Source: Propioniciclava sp. (GTDB lineage: Bacteria > Actinomycetota > Actinomycetes > Propionibacteriales > Propionibacteriaceae). Taken from it: a stretch of DNA of 64,000 bases. Every line of letters begins with the position of its first letter. The stretch's first letter is position 1. The notes beneath the pieces were generated by a model. It was given only the letters and a program-made list of their open reading frames with translations. It was not told the DNA's origin and did not search any database. The stretch covers positions 1,102-65,101 of the forward strand of contig JBKEBV010000102.1 of NCBI GenBank assembly GCA_047973315.1, read 5' to 3'. A program made the position numbers and the translations under genes. Shown here in pieces: positions 38,679 through 48,365 of this stretch.

Positions 38679-40604
38679 GTGAACGTGACGTCGCCCGCCC
38701 TGCACGCGCGCTGGCGTCCCGTGCTGATCTGCTGCTGGGTACTGATCCTGATCACCCTGATCACCGGCCCGGCCGTCCCCCCGGCGTCGGCCGAGGACAC
38801 CGTGACCCTCCGCCTGCAGAGCGCCCAGGTCCACGGTGCGGGATCCGACGCCCGGATCAGGCTGTCGGGGACGGTGACCAATGACACCGCCGAACCGGTG
38901 TACGACCTCACCGTCGCCGTGTGGCGCTCCACCCAGGTGCTGCGATCCCGTTCGGCGGTCACCGACGCTCTCACCGCCGCGACCGCCCCCGCCGGGAGAC
39001 ACCTTCGCGAGGAAGCGGTGAGGGTCGTCGAGGACGACACCGCCTTCGCGCCGGGCGAATCGCGCACCGTCACCCTCAACGCGACCCTCGACGACATCGG
39101 GATCGTCGAGGACGACGCCAGCTACTGGACCGGGCTCACCGCGACCTCGCGTCCCGCCGAGGGCGGCGGCACCGCCGTGGTCGCCACGGCCCGGACCCTG
39201 GTCACCGTTCCCAGCGAGGATGACGTCAGCATCGCCACGGTGGTCGATCTGTCCGCCCCGCCCCATCAGATCAAGGACAACCTGTTCCTCGACGAGAGCC
39301 TCGCCGACGAGCTCAGCGACCGCCTCACCCCCCTGCTCGCGCTGGCCGAGGAGGACCACGACTGGATCATCGACCCCTCGACCCTGACCGAGATCCGCGA
39401 CATGGCTGACGGCTACCGGGTGCAGCATGCGGACGGGTCCGTCGCCGGCGAGCACGCCGAGGAGGCGGCGGCCTGGTTGGCGCGTTTCGACGCTCTCCCG
39501 ACCGAACGCGGCTGGACGGCCCTGTTCGCCGAACCGGACCTGTCCGATCCGGCGGTGCTCCCGGCCGCCCTCGCCCTGGACGCCGACGACCCGGAGGGAA
39601 CCGCACCGATCCTCACCCTCACCGCGCCCACCCCCGACCTGGTGGCGCAGCTCACCGATCTCGACCGACCGGTGCTGGCCACCGGCCTCCAGACGACCAG
39701 CCCGCCCTTCGAGCAGGACGGCGTGGTGGTGATCCCCGCCATCGACCCCGCGACGGTGACCCTGGGCGCGGCGCTCGGCAACTCAGCGACCAGCCACAGC
39801 GCCGCGCTGACCGCGCTCGCCCGCCTCGACCAGACCCAGGTCCGCCTGGTGAGAACCGCCCGGGACGCTGCGGCAGCAGCCCGGATCCCGGCGTGGGTGG
39901 AGCAGCCCACCCTGCAGCGGCTGACCGAGAATCCGGCCGCCACCGGCACGCTGACCCCGTCGGCTGACCTGACCCCGCCACTCGGAGGCGGTACCGGGGA
40001 ACGGGTCACTGAGCTCGTCGAGGAGGTCGGCCTCTACGCCGACGCCACCGGGGTGGCGGCGCTGGCCACCCTGCCCGACACCGTGCAGACCCGGGCCGCA
40101 TCGCGCTGGTGGTCCGACGACGCCGACGGTCAGGACGCCTGGCTGGCGGCTGTGGACGCCCGGGCCGGTGCCGACACCCTCCAGGAGGCGATCAGCCTGG
40201 ACGTCTCCCCACGGTTGTCCCTGGCCGGTGGCACCAGCGATTTCCCGGTGACCGTCACCAACGATCTGGTCGACCCGGTGACCGTCACTCTCCGGATCAC
40301 CGAGGACAACCCGCAGCGCATCCGCCTCATCCCACCCGACAGTGTCACCATCCCCGCCGGTTCGAGCCAGACGGTCCTGGCCACGGCCGAGGTGTACGGC
40401 GGCGGGGTGGTCCAGGGTCGGATCCACGTGGAGACCCTCGACGGTCGTAGGCTGACGGCACCGGAATCCATCACCGTGGAAACGACAAGCTACGGGCAGG
40501 TGGCGTGGACGCTCATCGTCATCTCGGGCATCGTCCTGGTGGTGTCGACCGCGGTGAGGATCCGCCAGGTGCGAGGACGACACAGAAAGGTCACCGATGG
40601 CTGA
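38679..40604 (+). CDS. DUF6049-like secreted/membrane-anchored protein conserved upstream of murJ
   Basis: N-terminal signal/TM and a C-terminal TM (WTLIVISGIVLVVSTAV). The position between cca and murJ matches the actinobacterial conserved locus (the Rv3909 position). Confidence 0.7.
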   Translation: MNVTSPALHARWRPVLICCWVLILITLITGPAVPPASAEDTVTLRLQSAQVHGAGSDARIRLSGTVTNDTAEPVYDLTVAVWRSTQVLRSRSAVTDALTAATAPAGRHLREEAVRVVEDDTAFAPGESRTVTLNATLDDIGIVEDDASYWTGLTATSRPAEGGGTAVVATARTLVTVPSEDDVSIATVVDLSAPPHQIKDNLFLDESLADELSDRLTPLLALAEEDHDWIIDPSTLTEIRDMADGYRVQHADGSVAGEHAEEAAAWLARFDALPTERGWTALFAEPDLSDPAVLPAALALDADDPEGTAPILTLTAPTPDLVAQLTDLDRPVLATGLQTTSPPFEQDGVVVIPAIDPATVTLGAALGNSATSHSAALTALARLDQTQVRLVRTARDAAAAARIPAWVEQPTLQRLTENPAATGTLTPSADLTPPLGGGTGERVTELVEEVGLYADATGVAALATLPDTVQTRAASRWWSDDADGQDAWLAAVDARAGADTLQEAISLDVSPRLSLAGGTSDFPVTVTNDLVDPVTVTLRITEDNPQRIRLIPPDSVTIPAGSSQTVLATAEVYGGGVVQGRIHVETLDGRRLTAPESITVETTSYGQVAWTLIVISGIVLVVSTAVRIRQVRGRHRKVTDG

Positions 40605-43600
40605 GGACGCGCACCCCGGGGGGGCTGCCGCCGGTGAGTCGCCGCCCCCGGGCGCAGCGAGCCGCCGCCTGCTCAACGCGACGGCACTGATGGCATCGGG
40701 GACGCTGATCAGTCGCGTCCTGGGCTTCCTGAAGTCGATGCTGCTCGTCTTTGTGCTGGGCGCCTCCTCCCCGCAGGCCGATGCCTACTCGCTGGCCACG
40801 CTCATCCCCAACTCGCTCTACATCCTGCTGGCGGGCGGAGCGCTCAACACCGTCCTGGTCCCGCAGATCGTCCGCCACACCAAGAACGATGAGGACGGCG
40901 GCGAGGCGTTCATCAACCGGATCATGACCGCCTTCCTGGTGCTGCTGGCCGCAGCCGCCCTCATCGCCACCGCGCTGACCCCCCAGCTGCTGATGCTGTG
41001 GACCGACGCCGAGTGGCGCACCCCGGCGATGGCGGACAACTGGCACTCGCTGGTGCTGCTGGCCTTCCTGACCATGCCGCAGCTGTTCTTCTTCGGGGCG
41101 TTCTTCCTGATCGGGCAGGTGCTGAACGCCCGCGACCGGTTCGGTCCGATGATGTGGGCGCCGATCGTCAACAACATCGTCGGCATCGCCGTGCTGGCCG
41201 GCTACGCGGCCGTCTGGGGCACCAATGTCGGCCAGCCGTTCACCGACACCCAGGTGATCGTTCTCGGTATCGGCTCGACGCTCGGCATCATCGCCCAGAC
41301 CTTGGCACTCATCCCGGCGATGCGGGCCATCGGTATGCGCTACCGGCCGCGCTGGGATTTCAAGGGCCAGGGGCTCGGCGAGACCTTTCACCTGGCCAAG
41401 TGGATGCTGGGCTACGCGCTGTTGGCCCAGCTGGTGCAGTTCCTGGTGGTCCGGCTCGCCTCCGGTGCGACGGTCGCCGGCTCCGGCGGAGCCGAGGGTG
41501 GTGCCGGCGTCGCGGCCTACAACACCGCCTATCTGGTCTGGATCCTCCCCCATTCCCTGCTGACGGTCTCCCTGGCCACCGCGATGCTGCCCTCGGCGTC
41601 GCGGCTCTTCGCGGCCGGGGACCTGTCCGCGGTGGCCGCCGAGACCTCCCGGACCCTGCGGCTGGCGGTGACCTTCATCGTGCCGGCCTCGCTCGGTTTC
41701 CTCGTGCTGGGTCTCCCGTTCAGCAGACTCGCCCTCAGCCACGGTGCGGGCGAGTCCGGATGGACGTTCATCGGATGGACCCTGATCGCCTTCGCGATCG
41801 GTCTGGTGCCCTACACGATCCAGTACCTGTCCCTGCGCGGCTACTACGCCATGGACAACACCAGGGTCCCTTTCCTGCTGCAGCTTCTCATCTCGGTGGT
41901 GAACATCGGTCTCGCGCTGGGACTCGTCGCCCTGGTGGACGATCCGAGCACGGTCGCTGCCCGGCTGGCCCTGGCCTATTCGGGGGCCTACATCGTCGGC
42001 GCGCTCGCCACCCATCTCGCGCTGCGCCGGCGGCTCACCGGGCTGTCGGGACGTTCCCTGCTGCGCCACATCCTCCGGGTGACAGCGGCCACCACGCCCG
42101 GCGCGGCGGTCGCGGCGGCGATCACCTGGTTCACCCTGCCCCATCCCTCCCTGCTCGTCGTGCTGCTCGGGGTCGTCGGCAGCGTCCTGATCATCGTGGT
42201 CGGGTACTTCTTCGTGGCAAAGCGCCTCGGCATCCGGGAGGCGACTCAGGTGCTGTCGCTGGTCCGCCGCCGCCGGTCGGAGGATGAGGCAGCCGTGCCC
42301 GTCGAGGCGGTCGATCTGGTCGTCGAGGGGGCCGTTCCGCCCACCAGGCCTGCCGACGAGGGTCCGCTGCTGGAATACCCCGACCCTCACGCCCCCACAC
42401 ACGAGCCGTCCGCACTGGTGCCGGACGGACGCACGACGCCGGGGCAGATCCTCAACGGGCGCTACCAACTCACCGAACGGCTCCACCGCCGCGGTGAGAC
42501 GGTGAGCTGGCTCGGCTTCGATCTCACCTTGTCCCGGCCGGTGCTGATCCACCTGCTGCACCCGGACGAACCCCGCGCGCTGGAACTGCTCGACCAGGCC
42601 CGTCAGGCGGCTCCCGCGGTGGACGGACGGTTCCTCCGGGTCTGGGACGCGGTCCTGGTTGAGGGCGAGCCGCACGGCAGCTACATCGTGTGTGAGTATC
42701 TTCCCGCCCAGTCGCTGCGACTCCTGCTCCACGACGGTCCGTTCGGGGACCGGGAAGCGGCCTGGATCGTCCACGAACTCGCCGGTGGACTCGCGAGCGT
42801 CCACATCCAGAACCTGCACCACCGTCACCTCAACCCCGACAATGTGGTGATCACCGCTGGTGGCCATGTGAAGATCGTCGGCTTCCTGCTGGAGAACGCC
42901 TTCCAAGCAGGGGAGGACCGCACGGACGGGGCCGCGGCCGACGTGGTGGCCCTCGGCCGGCTGCTGTACGCGCTGTGCACCGGTTTCTGGCCCGGCAGCG
43001 CCCGCTACGACCTCCCGGCGGCTCCCACCGATCTGCATGGGCGCCCCCTGCAGCCCCGACAGGTCTCCACCCGGATCTCCCCGCAGCTGTCGACCATTGT
43101 CGATCGCATCCTCTCCCGCACCCCGCGCGACGGAGCGTCGCGGCTGGCCTCCGCCGACGAGGTGTCGGCGGCCTTGGACGTGCTGCTGCGGGGGCAGAAC
43201 GCCTCGACACGGGTGGCCTCCCGGGTGGACCTCCAGGCCGGTGACGCGCTCCAGGCGTGGGCTGACCCGACCGCCTCGACGCCGTCCCTCCAGGCATCGC
43301 TGACCCGCACTGAGCGTGATCCGGCGCGGTGGCGGGAGGAGACCGGTGCGACACCGTCGGCGGTGCAGGGCAACCCCGACCGTCCGGTGCTGCCCGGCAG
43401 TAGTTCGGCGGCGGAGGTGAGCGCGACGGAGGAGTCGACCCACATCGTCATGACCGCCGCGTCGCCGGGCACCGGAGCCATCACCCCGATCCCGCCCCCG
43501 ACGAATGCACCCCGCAGTGCAGCCGATCCGTCACGACGATGGCTGCTGTGGTTGTTCGCGGCGTTCGTCGTCGTGCTGGGGGTGAGTCTGGCCATGGTCT

Positions 43601-44109
43601 TCACCGAGGCGTTCCAGCGCCGCGTCGAGCAGGCGGCGACCACCAGCCATCCCATCGTTGCGGTGGACGACTTCGACCCCAGCAGCGACGGCGGCGACGA
43701 CACCGAACAGCCCGACGAGGTGGGGTTCGCCACCGACGACGACCTGGCGACGGCCTGGACGACGGAGAACTACGGCCGGTCGGCCGACTTCAACGGCCGC
43801 AAGCCCGGAGCCGGGCTGGTCCTCGATCTGGGCGATACCCGCGAGGTGCGCCAGGTGGCGGTGGTGCTGGGCGACGGGTTCACCTCCGGGCAGGTACTCA
43901 TCCCCCGCCCCGACACCGCGACGGAGGCTCCCTACACCAGCGTCGACGACTGGCAGCGGCAGGCAGTCTTCGGCCCGGCCTCCGGTGAGGTGACCGTCAC
44001 CCTCGACGAGCCGGTCCGGACCCGGTACCTGCTGGTCTATCTGACCGAGTTGCCGCCATCGGGGCCGAACTATGTCGGGGCGATCCACGAGGTCCGCGTG
44101 GCCGGTTGA
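40597..44109 (+). CDS. murJ: Lipid II flippase MurJ/MviN fused to a cytoplasmic pseudokinase domain and an extracellular discoidin-like domain
   Basis: 1170 aa. N-terminal MviN polytopic region (LISRVLGFLKSMLLVFVLG...), then a kinase-like region (NGRYQLTERLHRRGETVSWLGFD...HRHLNPDNVVI), a TM helix, and a C-terminal module (...AWTTENYG...YLLVYLTEL...IHEVRVAG). Confidence 0.9.
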   Translation: MAEDAHPGGAAAGESPPPGAASRRLLNATALMASGTLISRVLGFLKSMLLVFVLGASSPQADAYSLATLIPNSLYILLAGGALNTVLVPQIVRHTKNDEDGGEAFINRIMTAFLVLLAAAALIATALTPQLLMLWTDAEWRTPAMADNWHSLVLLAFLTMPQLFFFGAFFLIGQVLNARDRFGPMMWAPIVNNIVGIAVLAGYAAVWGTNVGQPFTDTQVIVLGIGSTLGIIAQTLALIPAMRAIGMRYRPRWDFKGQGLGETFHLAKWMLGYALLAQLVQFLVVRLASGATVAGSGGAEGGAGVAAYNTAYLVWILPHSLLTVSLATAMLPSASRLFAAGDLSAVAAETSRTLRLAVTFIVPASLGFLVLGLPFSRLALSHGAGESGWTFIGWTLIAFAIGLVPYTIQYLSLRGYYAMDNTRVPFLLQLLISVVNIGLALGLVALVDDPSTVAARLALAYSGAYIVGALATHLALRRRLTGLSGRSLLRHILRVTAATTPGAAVAAAITWFTLPHPSLLVVLLGVVGSVLIIVVGYFFVAKRLGIREATQVLSLVRRRRSEDEAAVPVEAVDLVVEGAVPPTRPADEGPLLEYPDPHAPTHEPSALVPDGRTTPGQILNGRYQLTERLHRRGETVSWLGFDLTLSRPVLIHLLHPDEPRALELLDQARQAAPAVDGRFLRVWDAVLVEGEPHGSYIVCEYLPAQSLRLLLHDGPFGDREAAWIVHELAGGLASVHIQNLHHRHLNPDNVVITAGGHVKIVGFLLENAFQAGEDRTDGAAADVVALGRLLYALCTGFWPGSARYDLPAAPTDLHGRPLQPRQVSTRISPQLSTIVDRILSRTPRDGASRLASADEVSAALDVLLRGQNASTRVASRVDLQAGDALQAWADPTASTPSLQASLTRTERDPARWREETGATPSAVQGNPDRPVLPGSSSAAEVSATEESTHIVMTAASPGTGAITPIPPPTNAPRSAADPSRRWLLWLFAAFVVVLGVSLAMVFTEAFQRRVEQAATTSHPIVAVDDFDPSSDGGDDTEQPDEVGFATDDDLATAWTTENYGRSADFNGRKPGAGLVLDLGDTREVRQVAVVLGDGFTSGQVLIPRPDTATEAPYTSVDDWQRQAVFGPASGEVTVTLDEPVRTRYLLVYLTELPPSGPNYVGAIHEVRVAG

Positions 44110-44201
44110 CCGGGGAATAGCCCTCGGACGCGCCGCGTTCCTCCTCGCGGGCAGAGCTCGGCATTAGGGTTGGGCTGCGACACACGCTGAACGGGGAGAA
44201 C

Positions 44202-45140
44202 ATGAGCGACGACGTCCGCGACATCATCATCATCGGGTCCGGACCTTCGGGCTACACCGCCGCGGTCTACGCGGCGCGAGCCGACCTCAAACCGCTGGTC
44301 CTCACCGGCGCCATCGAGGCCGGGGGTGCGCTGATGAACACCACCGAGGTGGAGAATTTCCCCGGCTTCCCCGACGGCATCATGGGGCCCGACCTGATGA
44401 TGAACCTGCAGAAGCAGGCGGAACGGTTCGGCGCGGAGTTGGTGGTCGAGGACGCCGTGGAGGTCGACCTGACCGGCCCGGTCAAGACAGTCACCGATTC
44501 AGCAGGCACCACCCACCGCGCCCGGGCGGTCATTCTCGCCATGGGTTCGGGGTACCGCCGCCTCGGCGTGCCCGGGGAGGACGAGTTCTCCGGGCGGGGT
44601 GTCTCCTGGTGCGCCACCTGTGACGGGTTCTTCTTCCGCGACAAGCCGATCGCGGTGATCGGTGGCGGGGACTCTGCCGTCGAGGAGGCGACCTTCCTGT
44701 CCCGGTTCGGCACCTCGATCACGCTGGTCCACCGCCGTGACGAGTTGCGCGCCTCGAAGATCATGGTCGCCCGCGCCGAGAACGATCCGAAGGTGGAGTT
44801 CGCCTGGAACTCGGTGGTGGAGTCCGTCAACGGGGACGGTTCGGTGCAGTCGCTGACCCTGAAGGACACCGTGACCGGCCAGACGCGCGACCTCGAGGTC
44901 AAGGGCGTCTTCGTCGCCATTGGTCACGACCCCCGCTCCCAGCTCCTCCGGGGCCAGGTCGACCTCGACGAGGGCGGATATGTCCTCACGCAACCGGGAT
45001 CGACGCGCACCAGCCTGGCCGGCGTGTTCGCCGCCGGCGACCTGGTCGACCACACCTACCGGCAGGCGGTGACGGCGGCGGGCACCGGCTGCGAGGCGGC
45101 CCTGGACGCCGAGCGGTACCTGGCCGACCTCGACGCCTGA
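44202..45140 (+). CDS. trxB: Thioredoxin-disulfide reductase
   Basis: [22 protein letters not shown] motif, redox-active [10 protein letters not shown], and [15 protein letters not shown] motif. Confidence 0.95.
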   Translation: MSDDVRDIIIIGSGPSGYTAAVYAARADLKPLVLTGAIEAGGALMNTTEVENFPGFPDGIMGPDLMMNLQKQAERFGAELVVEDAVEVDLTGPVKTVTDSAGTTHRARAVILAMGSGYRRLGVPGEDEFSGRGVSWCATCDGFFFRDKPIAVIGGGDSAVEEATFLSRFGTSITLVHRRDELRASKIMVARAENDPKVEFAWNSVVESVNGDGSVQSLTLKDTVTGQTRDLEVKGVFVAIGHDPRSQLLRGQVDLDEGGYVLTQPGSTRTSLAGVFAAGDLVDHTYRQAVTAAGTGCEAALDAERYLADLDA

Positions 45141-45215
45141 GCCCGAGCACCCGGCCGCGGCGCCGGCGCCGATGCGCTGCGGACCCGGCGCTGACCAGGG
45201 GATTCACCTCAGGGG

Positions 45216-45246
45216 TTGACCCTCACGCGACGTGAGGGTTTAGCGT
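45216..45246 (+). promoter_or_regulatory. MerR-type promoter/operator (19-bp spacer with a perfect dyad)
   Basis: TTGACC (45216-45221), a 19-nt spacer, then TAGCGT (45241-45246). The dyad ACCCTCACG-cga-CGTGAGGGT (45219-45239) is centred in the spacer. AAGGAGG is at 45254-45260 and the ATG at 45270. Confidence 0.65.
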
Positions 45247-45269
45247 CTGGATCAAGGAGGTGGGAACAC

Positions 45270-46022
45270 ATGACCAACACACCCACGTACACAACCGACC
45301 TGCTCGTCCGACAGCTCACCAGCGAGGACCTGGCGACGCGCTTCGACGCCGCGTCCCTGATCGGGATGGACGGCGTCACCGGCGCCGCCGACGCCCTGGT
45401 GGAGCGACTGGGGACCGAGACCGACTGTCAGGTCCGTGAGCGGGTGACCTGGGCGACCGTACGCGTCATTGACGCTGCCCTGCCCGGCCTCCTCACCGCA
45501 CTGGAGTCGTCGCGCCCGGAGATCCGGATGCAGGCCGCCCACGTGCTGAGCAAGGCCGCCCGTCCCGAGTTCGCCGAGCACCTGGAAGCGGTCGTCGGTG
45601 ACACCGACGCCGCGGTGGCCATCAAGGGCTACCGTGCGGCGGCCAACACCGGCGACCCCCGCGTGATCGCCTGGCTCACCGCCCGGCTCGGTGACGGCGA
45701 TCCGCATCAGCGGGACGCGCTGACGAACGCCTTCGTCACCCTCGGGGAGCCGGCCGTCGCCGCATTGGTGACCGCGCTCGACGACGACCGGACCGCCGTC
45801 CGCGCCCACGCCGCCGAGGCGTTGGGGCATGTGGCGATCGGCACGTGCGTGGCCATCACCGCGCTCAGGGTGGCTGCCGCCGACGTCGACCCGGAGGTGC
45901 GCCTGGTGGCCACCACCGCGCTCGGCGAACTCGGCGCGGACGCCAGTGATGCCTTGGCAGCGCTGCGGACGTCGGCAGACCCGCGCGTCGCTGCGGTCGC
46001 CTCAGCCCTCCTGGCCGCCTGA
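45270..46022 (+). CDS. HEAT-repeat protein (paralog of the C-terminal domain of the adjacent MerR regulator)
   Basis: Repeated D.D..VR..AA.ALG units and a strong RBS. It aligns block-wise with residues of 46002..47084. Confidence 0.75.
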   Translation: MTNTPTYTTDLLVRQLTSEDLATRFDAASLIGMDGVTGAADALVERLGTETDCQVRERVTWATVRVIDAALPGLLTALESSRPEIRMQAAHVLSKAARPEFAEHLEAVVGDTDAAVAIKGYRAAANTGDPRVIAWLTARLGDGDPHQRDALTNAFVTLGEPAVAALVTALDDDRTAVRAHAAEALGHVAIGTCVAITALRVAAADVDPEVRLVATTALGELGADASDALAALRTSADPRVAAVASALLAA

Positions 46023-47084
46023 GCCCGGCCGGAGCCGCCGAGCCAGAAGCCGGGTGCGCTCATCGGGAGAGTCCAACGCTTTCTCGATGGCGCGCCCGGC
46101 TTCGTCATTGTCCAAACCACCGAGCCCGAGCAGCGCAGCGAGGCCCACCTCCGGATCCGGGTCGGCCAGCGCCTGCACCAACGGCAGCGTGGCCGCCCCT
46201 TCACCGATCGCCCCCAGCGCCTCCACCGCCCCGCGGCGCACCCGGGGGTCGGCGGCGGCGACCTGATCGGCGAGGGGGGCAACCGCACCGGATCCCAGGT
46301 GAGCGAGCGCGACCACCGCAGCATCGGCGACCACCGGATCGTCATCGGCCAGCCCGGACACCAGCTGCCTGATGGCCTCAGACCCGCCGATCCTGCCCAG
46401 AGCGAAAGCAGCCTTGGCCCGGACGCCGGGGTCCTCGTCGCCCAGCAGCCGGCCCAGGGTCGGGACGGCGCGCGGGTCACGCAGCTTCGACAGGATGTGG
46501 GCGACCTGACGGCGAAGGGCAGGGTCAGGGTGCCCGGCCTCGGCCAGCACCGGGTCGAGTGCGGCGCCACCATGCTGGGCCAGCCCCCAGGTGAGCACGT
46601 CCCGGACGCCGGGTTCGGTCTCGGTCCGGAGAGCGTCGATCAGCACGTCGACCGGCGCGGTGGTGGGGGCGTCGAAGAGGGCCCGGAGCCGGACCGAGGC
46701 ATCGGCATGGCGCAACCGCTCGGTCAGCGCGATGATGTCCACCACCTCCTCCCAGCCGACCTGCGGCCTGGCCTGGAGCGCCCGCAGGCGCGCGAGGAGG
46801 TCCTGTTCGGCCGCCAGCCGACCCTCCACGACCAACACGTGACGGGCAAGCACCTCAGTGGCGTCATAGTCGGGATCGTCCAGGGCAGCGCCAATCTCCT
46901 CCAGGCTGAGCCCGAGGCTCTCGAGATGCTGGATCGACAACAACCGGTCAAGATCGTCGACGGAGTAGAGGCGGTAGTCGCCTGCGGTCCGTTCGCCGGG
47001 AACCAGCAACCCGAGATCGTCGTAATGACGCAGCGTGCGGACGGTCAGACCCGTCCGTCGTGCCAGTTCACCGATCCGCCACAC
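46002..47084 (-). CDS. MerR-family (TipA-class N-terminus) transcriptional regulator fused to a HEAT-repeat domain
   Basis: WRIGELARRTGLTVRTLRHYDDLGLLVPGERTAGDYRLYSVDDLDRLLSIQHLESLGLSLEEI, then a coiled coil, then about 230 aa of HEAT repeats (DEDPGVRAKAAFALGRIG, DPDPEVGLAALLGLG). GTG start. Confidence 0.85.
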   Translation of the reverse strand: MWRIGELARRTGLTVRTLRHYDDLGLLVPGERTAGDYRLYSVDDLDRLLSIQHLESLGLSLEEIGAALDDPDYDATEVLARHVLVVEGRLAAEQDLLARLRALQARPQVGWEEVVDIIALTERLRHADASVRLRALFDAPTTAPVDVLIDALRTETEPGVRDVLTWGLAQHGGAALDPVLAEAGHPDPALRRQVAHILSKLRDPRAVPTLGRLLGDEDPGVRAKAAFALGRIGGSEAIRQLVSGLADDDPVVADAAVVALAHLGSGAVAPLADQVAAADPRVRRGAVEALGAIGEGAATLPLVQALADPDPEVGLAALLGLGGLDNDEAGRAIEKALDSPDERTRLLARRLRPGSGGQEG

Positions 47085-47195
47085 CGTCCCACCGTAGCGC
47101 TGCCGCCCTCGCCGACGGCAGCCTCACCGCGGAGTCGGACGCGCGCTCCGCTACGCTCACTCCGTTCGCTGAAACAGTTCACACGGGGGTGAGGC

Positions 47196-48209
47196 ATGGC
47201 GGTCAGCGTGAAAGACGTCGCCACCCACGCCGGGCTGTCGGTCGGAACGGTGTCCAACGTACTCAACCGTCCCGAGAAGGTCGCCGAAGCCACCCGGGAG
47301 CGCGTGCTGGCATCGATCGCCGCGCTGGGATTCGTCCGCAACGAGGCCGCCCGCCAGCTACGGGCCGGCCTGAGCAGAACGGTTGGGCTGGTGGTGCTCG
47401 ACACCTCCAACCCCTTCTTCACCGACGTCGCCGACGGCGCCGAGCGCTGGGGGGCCGAGCACGGCGTCTTTCTCCTCACCGGGAACAGCGCCCAACGGCC
47501 CGAACGGGAGGACCACTACCTCGAACTGTTCGAGGAACAACGAGTCCGCGGCGTCCTGGTCAGCCCGGTGGGAGAGGTCACCCCACGCCTGACCCGGATG
47601 CGCAGCCTCGGCATCGCCGGGGTGCTGGTGGACCGGGTGTCGGCCGATGCGACGGTCTCCTCGGTCTCGGTCGACGACCGCGCAGGTGGGCGCCTGGCCA
47701 TCGCCCACCTGGCTGACCTCGGCCACACCCGGATCACCTTCGTCGGCGGGCCACCCGAGCTCACCCAGGTCATCGACCGGCTCACCGGCGCCCGGGAGGC
47801 CGCCGCGAGCCGCGCCATCACCCTCGACCAGGTGCCGGTCCCGGAGCCGAGCATCCGCGCCGGGCTGGAGGCCGGACTGGGCCTGCTCGACCTCCCGACA
47901 GCCCAGCGGCCCACCGCAGTCTTCGCCGCGAACGACCTGCTCGCCCTAGGCGTCCTTCAAGCGATCACCGCGCACGGGATTCCGGTGCCCGACGCGATGG
48001 CCATCGTCGGCTACGACGACATCGCCTTCGCCGCCGGTGCGGCCGTCCCGCTGACCTCCGTGCGGCAGCCCCGCGCCGAGATGGGTGCCCGGGCCATGCA
48101 GGTGGTGCTCGCCGAGGCCGAGGAGCCCGACACGCCGCGCGAGCAGATCGTCCTGCAACCCTCGCTGGTGGTCCGGCGATCGACAGCGCCCGATACCCCG
48201 CTGACCTGA
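47196..48209 (+). CDS. LacI family transcriptional regulator
   Basis: VKDVATHAGLSVGTVSNVLNRPEKV HTH and a periplasmic-binding-protein-like core. Confidence 0.9.
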   Translation: MAVSVKDVATHAGLSVGTVSNVLNRPEKVAEATRERVLASIAALGFVRNEAARQLRAGLSRTVGLVVLDTSNPFFTDVADGAERWGAEHGVFLLTGNSAQRPEREDHYLELFEEQRVRGVLVSPVGEVTPRLTRMRSLGIAGVLVDRVSADATVSSVSVDDRAGGRLAIAHLADLGHTRITFVGGPPELTQVIDRLTGAREAAASRAITLDQVPVPEPSIRAGLEAGLGLLDLPTAQRPTAVFAANDLLALGVLQAITAHGIPVPDAMAIVGYDDIAFAAGAAVPLTSVRQPRAEMGARAMQVVLAEAEEPDTPREQIVLQPSLVVRRSTAPDTPLT

Positions 48210-48365
48210 GGGTGACCTGGGGTGACACCCCGCCGGACGCCGGCATGGTTGTGGTGAAACTCTCAACAAGTGGCTGAGGGATTCGTGCCCCGGGAACCGG
48301 GAACCCGTGCCCGGGCGAGGGTACCCGGCTACGGTAAGGGCCGAGCAGAACTTCTGGAGTTGTTG

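Noticed and set aside
36751-38682. 643-aa plus-strand ORF opposite cca and the cca-DUF559 intergenic region
   Set aside because: It is antisense to the CCA-adding enzyme, which carries nucleotidyltransferase and HD motifs. It has no family signature of its own.
40591-43443. 950-aa minus-strand ORF opposite murJ
   Set aside because: It is antisense to the MurJ-pseudokinase fusion. The product is a low-complexity R/G/P/D/Q-rich sequence.
47170-47183. TGAAACAGTTCACA upstream of lacI as a LacI-family operator
   Set aside because: It has only 4-bp arms (TGAA/TTCA) and lacks the usual central CG symmetry. It is too weak to call without comparative data.
47085-47195. Search for a second TipA-type dyad upstream of the MerR-HEAT regulator itself (autoregulation)
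   Set aside because: Only short unrelated inverted repeats are present (CGCGGAG...CTCCGC, CTGCCG...CGGCAG). There is no CCTCACG/CGTGAGG dyad and no 19-bp-spacer promoter.
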